A DNA stretch of 4,409 nucleotides from IMG/VR virus record IMGVR_UViG_2734482545_000008, one strand, 5' to 3'. Source of the stretch: a virus (taxonomy: Duplodnaviria > Heunggongvirae > Uroviricota > Caudoviricetes). Shown here piece by piece: positions 1-4,409 of the stretch; the first letter of the stretch is position 1; every line of letters begins with the position of its first letter. Both the position numbers and the translations under genes were made by a program. The notes below the pieces were generated by a model. It saw nothing but the letters and a program-made list of their open reading frames with translations, searched no databases and had not been told where the DNA came from.

Positions 1-79
1 GCTTTGAACTCTTTAGAGTAACGTTGGGTTTTTCTGCTCATTATTAGCTCCTTCTGATGCCATTCTATTTCAGGAAGGA

Positions 80-782
80 GTGTCCGTTAAACTCAGGCTA
101 CCTCAGGTTATTCGCTTCTGGGCATGGGCGGATCAACAAATGATAGACGGTAATGCAGATTGTAACGCTCGCGGCGTTACAAAAAGTGCAATAGATCGCA
201 TCACTTTTATGTCTGGTTTTGCTGATGCGTTAATTCAGGTTGGATGGCTGGTCGAAAATGACGGAGGGCTTTCTCTACCTAACTTTGAACGTCATAACGG
301 AAAAAGCTCTAAAAAAAACGGGCGGTTACAAACGAGCGAGTAACAAAAATACGCGAACTGAAACGAAAAGGTAACGCTGCCAGCGTTACACAAACGGATC
401 AAAAAGCGTTACCAGAGGAAGAGGAAGAGGAAGATCTAAATACTGATCTCCCCCTCGCCAAAAACGAGCGTCTAAAAAATTCGAGCCGGAGGCTATTGAG
501 CTGCCCGATTGGTTGCCGGAAACACTCTGGCATGAGTGGGTCCGGTTCAGACAGGCATTGCGAAAACCGATTCGAACGGAGCAGGGCGCTAACGGGGCGA
601 TACGGGAACTGGAAAAATTCCGTCAGCAGGGTTTTACACCTGAGCAGGTGATTCGACACAGCATCGCCAATGAATACCAGGGCCTGTTCGCGCCGAAAGG
701 TGTTCGGCCTGAGACGTTGCTCCGACAGGTTAACACCGTCTCGTTGCCGGACAGTGCGATCCCGCCAGGCTTCAGGGGGTAA
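80..782 (+). pseudogene. Phage replication-initiation / replisome-organizer-like protein, frameshifted (two -1 frame changes) or carrying homopolymer sequencing errors
   Basis: Three collinear + strand segments read as one protein: frame 2 from GTG 80 (AGGAAGGA just upstream) to stop 341-343; frame 1 open 313..649 (…KIRELKRKGNAASVTQTDQKALPEEEEEEDLNTDLPLAKNERLKN, no ATG); frame 0 open 447..782 (…PDWLPETLWHEWVRFRQ…PPGFRG*, no ATG; the ORF track's M at 513 is a TTG). Frame switches coincide with A8 (311-318) and A6 (474-479). Stop at 780-782 lies 6 nt before the dnaC-like ATG (coupling). Function inferred from position and the basic/acidic linker; not from a search. Confidence 0.5.
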
Positions 783-788
783 CGGACC

Positions 789-1219
789 ATGAAAAATATT
801 GCGACAGGCGGCGTTCTGGAACGCATCCGCCGACTGACCCCGCCACATGTAACCGCCCCATTCAGAACGGTAGCGGAGTGGCGCGAGTGGCAACTTGCTG
901 AAGGCCAGAAACGTAGCGAGGAGATCAACCGCCTGAATCGCCAGTTGCGGGTGGAAAAAATTCTGAATCGCTCAGGCATCCAGCCGTTGCACCGTAAATG
1001 CTCGTTTGCGAATTACCAGGTGCAGAACGACGGCCAGCGATACGCGTTAAGCCAGGCGAAATCCATCGCCGATGAACTGATGACCGGGTGTACAAATTTT
1101 GCGTTCAGCGGAAAACCTGGTACCGGGAAGAATCACTTAGCGGCAGCTATCGGGAATCGCCTGCTGAAAGACGGTCAGACAGTGATTGTGGTTACCGTGG
1201 CTGATGTTATGAGCGCCCT
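789..1219 (+). CDS. dnaC: DnaC-family AAA+ helicase loader (phage-encoded, lambda P functional analogue); 5' part only, interrupted by N-run
   Basis: ATG at 789. N-terminal 143 aa match my recollection of E. coli DnaC closely: NRSGIQPLH, CSFANYQV, Walker A FSGKPGTGKNHLAAAI, VTVADVMSA. The reading frame runs into the N block at 1220; the C-terminal ~100 aa (Walker B, sensor motifs) are not present in the window. Confidence 0.9.
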
Positions 1220-1294
1220 NNNNNNNNNNNNNNNNNNNNNNNNNNNNNNNNNNNNNNNNNNNNNNNNNNNNNNNNNNNNNNNNNNNNNNNNNNN
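1220..1294. other. Run of 75 N (assembly gap or masked sequence)
   Basis: Directly visible. The 314-aa ORF 789..1733 in the ORF track is an artefact of translating these N as X. Confidence 0.95.
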
Positions 1295-1310
1295 AGTTTC
1301 AGGAGGATTT

Positions 1311-1733
1311 ATGGCGAAACCTTTTACTCCCGAACAGCGGGAAGAACTGAAGACGCGAATTGTGGAACTCGTGCATCAGGACGGTCGGGTCACGATTCGG
1401 CAGTTGTCAGATGAAACAGGTATCAGTCGTGCGTCTGTCGGTCGCTTATGCATAGAACTGGTCGCAAGTGGTGATGTATATAATTCTGGCTACGGCTTAT
1501 TCCCGTCTGAACAGGCTCGCAAGGACTGGCAAAGCGCCCGCAAAAAACTCTCGAGAGTAAAGGTGAGGAAACCGGTTGTTGTTGATCCGGACCTTATCTG
1601 GTCATTACCTGACGGAGAAATACGCCGCTACGACAGGCGCCTGAATATAATCTGTCGCGAGTGCCGGAAGAGCGAAGCTATGCAGCGTGTACTGGCTTTC
1701 TATCAGGGTAATTTTCAGGAGGCGATACTGTGA
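1311..1733 (+). CDS. Small helix-turn-helix (probably winged-helix) DNA-binding protein, 140 aa; function unknown
   Basis: AGGAGG at 1301-1306, 4 nt before ATG 1311; stop TGA 1731-1733. The segment VTIRQLSDETGISRASVGRLCIELVASGDV has the hydrophobic/Gly/polar pattern of an HTH. No resemblance to the DnaC C-terminus, so it is a separate gene. Confidence 0.75.
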   Translation: MAKPFTPEQREELKTRIVELVHQDGRVTIRQLSDETGISRASVGRLCIELVASGDVYNSGYGLFPSEQARKDWQSARKKLSRVKVRKPVVVDPDLIWSLPDGEIRRYDRRLNIICRECRKSEAMQRVLAFYQGNFQEAIL

Positions 1734-1790
1734 ATGAAATTAGCTATCAGGCTTCAATTACCGCTGGCATTCGCATCAAAGGAGAGGAGC

Positions 1791-2147
1791 ATGGAAATAA
1801 AACCAGAAGATGAGTTAAGCAATATCGTTTTATTTCCGGTAAAAGAGGATGACCCTCGTAATCAGGTTAATTTTCTTTATGAGCCATCGGAAAGACCATA
1901 TTGCCATCACGCCTCTGTACGGGTTGACGAAAAAGAGCGTCAGGTCCGCTGTAAAATCTGCGGTGCGGTTGTGGAGCCGTTTGACTGGATGCTCTCTGTG
2001 GCAAAAAGAGAAACCAGACTGGCAGATGATGTAAGGCTATTGCGCCAGGAGGAACAGGAAAGGCGGAGAAATATAGAAAAGCTGATACAGATTGAGCGTA
2101 ACGCGAAAGCGCGGATACGCAGGGCGACAAAATCCAGAACTGAATAA
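1791..2147 (+). CDS. Small zinc-ribbon-like plus coiled-coil protein, 118 aa; hypothetical
   Basis: GGAGAGGAG at 1781-1789 before ATG 1791; stop TAA 2145-2147. Putative metal site C-H-H…C-x2-C (YCHHASVRVDEKERQVRCKICG), followed by a charged heptad-like tail (RLADDVRLLRQEEQERRRNIEKLIQIERNAKARIRR). Alternative start ATG 1734 (abutting the upstream stop) would add 19 aa, but that stretch has two AGG codons and looks like RBS sequence. Confidence 0.65.
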   Translation: MEIKPEDELSNIVLFPVKEDDPRNQVNFLYEPSERPYCHHASVRVDEKERQVRCKICGAVVEPFDWMLSVAKRETRLADDVRLLRQEEQERRRNIEKLIQIERNAKARIRRATKSRTE

Positions 2148-2294
2148 TTAAATTTAGCACTGTTAAAAATTTAATCCTTAACCGGAGGGATTTCTGCACC
2201 CTCAAATCATCAGGAGACCACCCGAAAGGGCGGGGAGCAGTCACACATCTGTTTCCGATAGCCCCGTTCTAATGCTACACTCTTTGATATTTTT

Positions 2295-2981
2295 ATGACC
2301 CCAATAAACATATTTATGACAGTTGCTGATTTCAAACGGCCCAAATTGGAGCTCCCAAACGGGGCAAACAAACTACTACTGCACTCTTGCTGTGCTCCAT
2401 GTTCCGGTGAGGTGATGGAGGCGCTTCAGGCCTCGGGAATCGACTACACCATCTTTTTCTACAACCCGAACATTCATCCTCAGAAAGAGTATTTAATTCG
2501 TAAGGATGAGAATATTCGCTTTGCTGAACAACACGGCGTGCCGTTTATTGATGCTGATTACGACACAGACAACTGGTTTGAACGAGCCAAAGGAATGGAA
2601 TGGGAGCCCGAACGAGGGATCCGTTGCACCATGTGTTTTGACATGCGTTTTGAGCGGACAGCGCTGTACGCCGCTGAAAATGGTTTCAGTGTGATCAGCA
2701 GTTCACTGGGCATTTCACGCTGGAAAAATATGCAGCAGGTTAACGACTGTGGGCGGCGAGCCGTCGCGCATTATCCGGGCATGGTGTACTGGGATTATAA
2801 CTGGCGCAAGCAGGGCGGCTCGTCCCGTATGATTGAAATCAGCAAGCGCGAAAAATTCTATCAGCAGGAATATTGTGGCTGTGTGTATTCTCTGCGCGAT
2901 ACCAATCTACACCGCAAATCTCAGGGACGCCCTCTTATCAAAATTGGTCAACTCCACTACGGTAAAGAAGAGAAGGAGTGA
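2295..2981 (+). CDS. queH: QueH-family (DUF208) epoxyqueuosine reductase-like Fe-S protein, 228 aa
   Basis: Cys signature [11 protein letters not shown] near the N-terminus, [10 protein letters not shown] mid-protein and EYCGCVYS near the C-terminus, which I recognise as the conserved Cys/His pattern of DUF208/QueH. Start is uncertain: ATG 2295 or ATG 2316, neither with a clear SD. Stop TGA 2979-2981. Confidence 0.78.
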   Translation: MTPINIFMTVADFKRPKLELPNGANKLLLHSCCAPCSGEVMEALQASGIDYTIFFYNPNIHPQKEYLIRKDENIRFAEQHGVPFIDADYDTDNWFERAKGMEWEPERGIRCTMCFDMRFERTALYAAENGFSVISSSLGISRWKNMQQVNDCGRRAVAHYPGMVYWDYNWRKQGGSSRMIEISKREKFYQQEYCGCVYSLRDTNLHRKSQGRPLIKIGQLHYGKEEKE

Positions 2982-3002
2982 TTTTATGGGGCACCTTTCT
3001 GA

Positions 3003-3032
3003 TTGATTTCATATTGGCGAGGTAAGTAGAAT
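3003..3032 (+). promoter_or_regulatory. Sigma70-like promoter candidate: TTGATT, 18-nt spacer, TAGAAT
   Basis: -35-like TTGATT 3003-3008 and -10-like TAGAAT 3027-3032, in the intergenic region after queH and pointing into the masked block. Hexamer match only; not verified. Confidence 0.3.
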
Positions 3033-3130
3033 GACTGCGGGTGCTTGAGGCTATCTGCTTCAGGCATGAACACCAAAAGGCAGATAGAGAAAAGCCCCAG
3101 TTAACATTACGCGTCCGGCAAGACGCTTAA

Positions 3131-3471
3131 NNNNNNNNNNNNNNNNNNNNNNNNNNNNNNNNNNNNNNNNNNNNNNNNNNNNNNNNNNNNNNNNNNNNNN
3201 NNNNNNNNNNNNNNNNNNNNNNNNNNNNNNNNNNNNNNNNNNNNNNNNNNNNNNNNNNNNNNNNNNNNNNNNNNNNNNNNNNNNNNNNNNNNNNNNNNNN
3301 NNNNNNNNNNNNNNNNNNNNNNNNNNNNNNNNNNNNNNNNNNNNNNNNNNNNNNNNNNNNNNNNNNNNNNNNNNNNNNNNNNNNNNNNNNNNNNNNNNNN
3401 NNNNNNNNNNNNNNNNNNNNNNNNNNNNNNNNNNNNNNNNNNNNNNNNNNNNNNNNNNNNNNNNNNNNNNN
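3131..3471. other. Run of 341 N (masked or unsequenced block)
   Basis: Directly visible. Bracketed by a promoter-like element upstream and an intrinsic terminator downstream, so it probably hides a short + strand transcription unit. Confidence 0.95.
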
Positions 3472-3501
3472 GTCAGGCATCCTCAACGCACCCGCACTTA
3501 A

Positions 3502-3544
3502 CCCGCCCATCGCTGTGATCTCTCAGCGTTTCGGCGGGTTTTTT
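3502..3544 (+). terminator. Rho-independent terminator (nested GC hairpin plus U-tract)
   Basis: CCCGCC (3502-3507) pairs with GGCGGG (3533-3538); inner stem CGCTG (3511-3515) pairs with CAGCG (3524-3528); followed by TTTTTT at 3539-3544 and more T-rich sequence. Orientation matches + strand transcription; comparable to the tR-type terminators in the lambda nin region. Confidence 0.55.
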
Positions 3545-3564
3545 GTTGTTTATTTCCGGTGAAT

Positions 3565-3592
3565 TTGATTCGCGCACCTTCGCAGATAGAAT
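3565..3592 (+). promoter_or_regulatory. Sigma70-like promoter candidate: TTGATT, 16-nt spacer, TAGAAT
   Basis: -35-like TTGATT 3565-3570 and -10-like TAGAAT 3587-3592, just after the terminator and about 80 nt before ATG 3674. Same two hexamers as the candidate at 3003-3032. Confidence 0.35.
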
Positions 3593-3673
3593 CGACTCAC
3601 TTAAGTAGCGCGCAGGGAGAAGAGGGATGGACCCCGAACAGGGGAGAGCTATTTATCTGGAAGGATTCTGAAG

Positions 3674-3961
3674 ATGAAAATCGAAGAATTGCGTGAAATT
3701 TTTAGTGAAAATGGCCTCTATGCTGTGCGCGTTGAGAATGGAGCGATTGTCAGCCATTGCCGCATTAGATGTTTGCAATCTCAACAAAGGAAGAGCGGTG
3801 CTGTGTTATTTTATTTTTGTAATGGACTTCTGACGGACGGTTTTATTTTGCGTGAGGACGAATTTGTCACATCATTACGGGTTTTGAAAGAGATTGGTTT
3901 TAAGGCTGGTTTTCTGCTTTTGCTGAAGAATAAACTCATCTACAATCTTGAGCAGGATTGA
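3674..3961 (+). CDS. Hypothetical small protein, 95 aa, AT-rich coding sequence
   Basis: ATG 3674 preceded by GGAAGGA (3660-3666); stop TGA 3959-3961. No family recognised. Composition looks AT-richer than the replication genes (by eye, not computed). Confidence 0.5.
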   Translation: MKIEELREIFSENGLYAVRVENGAIVSHCRIRCLQSQQRKSGAVLFYFCNGLLTDGFILREDEFVTSLRVLKEIGFKAGFLLLLKNKLIYNLEQD

Positions 3962-3999
3962 ACTCCTGCTGTGTAACACCGTGCCACCGGAGAAAGCCG

Positions 4000-4353
4000 A
4001 TGGCACATATACAACTGGTCAAACAAACCTCTTCCGGATTACTTCTCCCGGCGACGCCGGAGAGTTGCGATTTTCTGCATCAAATCAAAATAGGTGAGTG
4101 GATACACGCAGACTTTAAGCGTGTGTGTAACTACGCATTCCACAAGCGTTTTTTCAAACTCCTGCAACTGGGTTTCGATTACTGGACTCCGGTCGGTGGG
4201 GCGATCACGCCTCGCGAACGAAAACTGGTGTCCGGTTTCGTTGATTACCTGTGTGAATCAGTAGGCCGGGAACATACGCCAGCTCTGAGCGAAGCCGCAG
4301 AGCAATTGAGGTGTACTGGCAATAGCGGACACTACCATTTGTTCTTTTTTTAA
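4000..4353 (+). CDS. Hypothetical protein, 117 aa
   Basis: ATG 4000 preceded by GGAG (3989-3992) with a 7-nt spacer; stop TAA 4351-4353. The track's longer version starts at TTG 3958 with no SD. No family recognised with confidence. Confidence 0.6.
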   Translation: MAHIQLVKQTSSGLLLPATPESCDFLHQIKIGEWIHADFKRVCNYAFHKRFFKLLQLGFDYWTPVGGAITPRERKLVSGFVDYLCESVGREHTPALSEAAEQLRCTGNSGHYHLFFF

Positions 4354-4409
4354 GCAGCCATCTGATGATATTTTTCCCTGAAGGCTGCCGGGGAGATATT
4401 CCCCAGACG

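Noticed and set aside
399-979. Minus-strand ORFs 399..893 (164 aa) and 623..979 (118 aa)
   Set aside because: Antisense to the replication-gene/dnaC-like region, which has strong family-level support. No SD seen, and the translations are Arg/Ser-rich as expected for antisense frames of GC-rich coding DNA.
789-1733. 314-aa ORF from the six-frame track spanning the DnaC-like gene and the downstream gene
   Set aside because: The continuity comes only from translating the N-run as X. After the gap there is an AGGAGG plus ATG start, and the sequence is unrelated to the DnaC C-terminal domain.
1734-1790. ATG 1734 as start of the zinc-ribbon gene (137-aa version)
   Set aside because: Possible, since it abuts the upstream stop, but AGGAGG is 11 nt away and the extra 19 codons include two rare AGG codons that coincide with the GGAGAGGAG site serving ATG 1791. 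The shorter gene is preferred, without certainty.
1867-2244. Minus-strand ORF of 125 aa
   Set aside because: Mostly antisense to the SD-supported zinc-ribbon gene, with no convincing RBS on the minus strand. Every other supported gene in the window is on the + strand.
1849-2694. Nested + strand ORFs 1849..2034 (61 aa) and 2506..2694 (62 aa)
   Set aside because: They lie in alternative frames inside longer, better-supported genes (zinc-ribbon gene and queH) and have no independent start signals.
3127-3510. Minus-strand 127-aa ORF running through the N block
   Set aside because: Only 13 codons (MGGLSAGALRMPD) are real sequence; the rest is N translated as X. Kept only as an alternative possibility under the masked-unit finding.
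3839-3913. Four GGTTTT hexamers within 75 bp (possible iteron-like repeats)
   Set aside because: Irregular spacing (41, 16, 12 nt), located inside a T-rich ORF, and no longer shared unit. Most likely compositional.
1-4409. CRISPR array, IS element or integrase, rRNA or tRNA in the visible sequence
   Set aside because: No regularly spaced direct repeats, no terminal inverted repeats flanking a transposase-like ORF, and no cloverleaf-compatible segment seen in unmasked sequence. The masked blocks cannot be assessed.
4354-4409. Possible terminator after the last gene (GCAGCC…GGCTGC and GGGGA-gatat-TCCCC inverted repeats)
   Set aside because: Short stems, no following T-tract, and the window ends 6 nt later, so it cannot be supported.

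Overview
All supported genes are on the + strand, and the window reads like the early-right (replication to nin-type) segment of an enterobacterial lambdoid prophage. In order: (1) a replication-initiator-like gene (80..782) that is only readable across three frames, with both frame breaks at poly-A runs; (2) a translationally coupled DnaC-family helicase-loader gene (789..1219), cut off by a 75-N run; (3) a small HTH protein gene with a strong SD (1311..1733); (4) a small zinc-ribbon/coiled-coil protein gene (1791..2147); (5) a QueH-family (DUF208) epoxyqueuosine-reductase-like gene (2295..2981), the most unusual cargo here; (6) a promoter-like element, then a 341-N masked block, then a clear intrinsic-terminator hairpin (3003..3544); (7) a second promoter-like element driving a short leader ORF, a 95-aa gene and a 117-aa gene (3565..4353). 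No rRNA, tRNA, CRISPR array or transposase is visible in the unmasked sequence. Nothing could be searched or computed; family assignments rest on motifs I recognise by eye, and the two N-runs hide part of the content.
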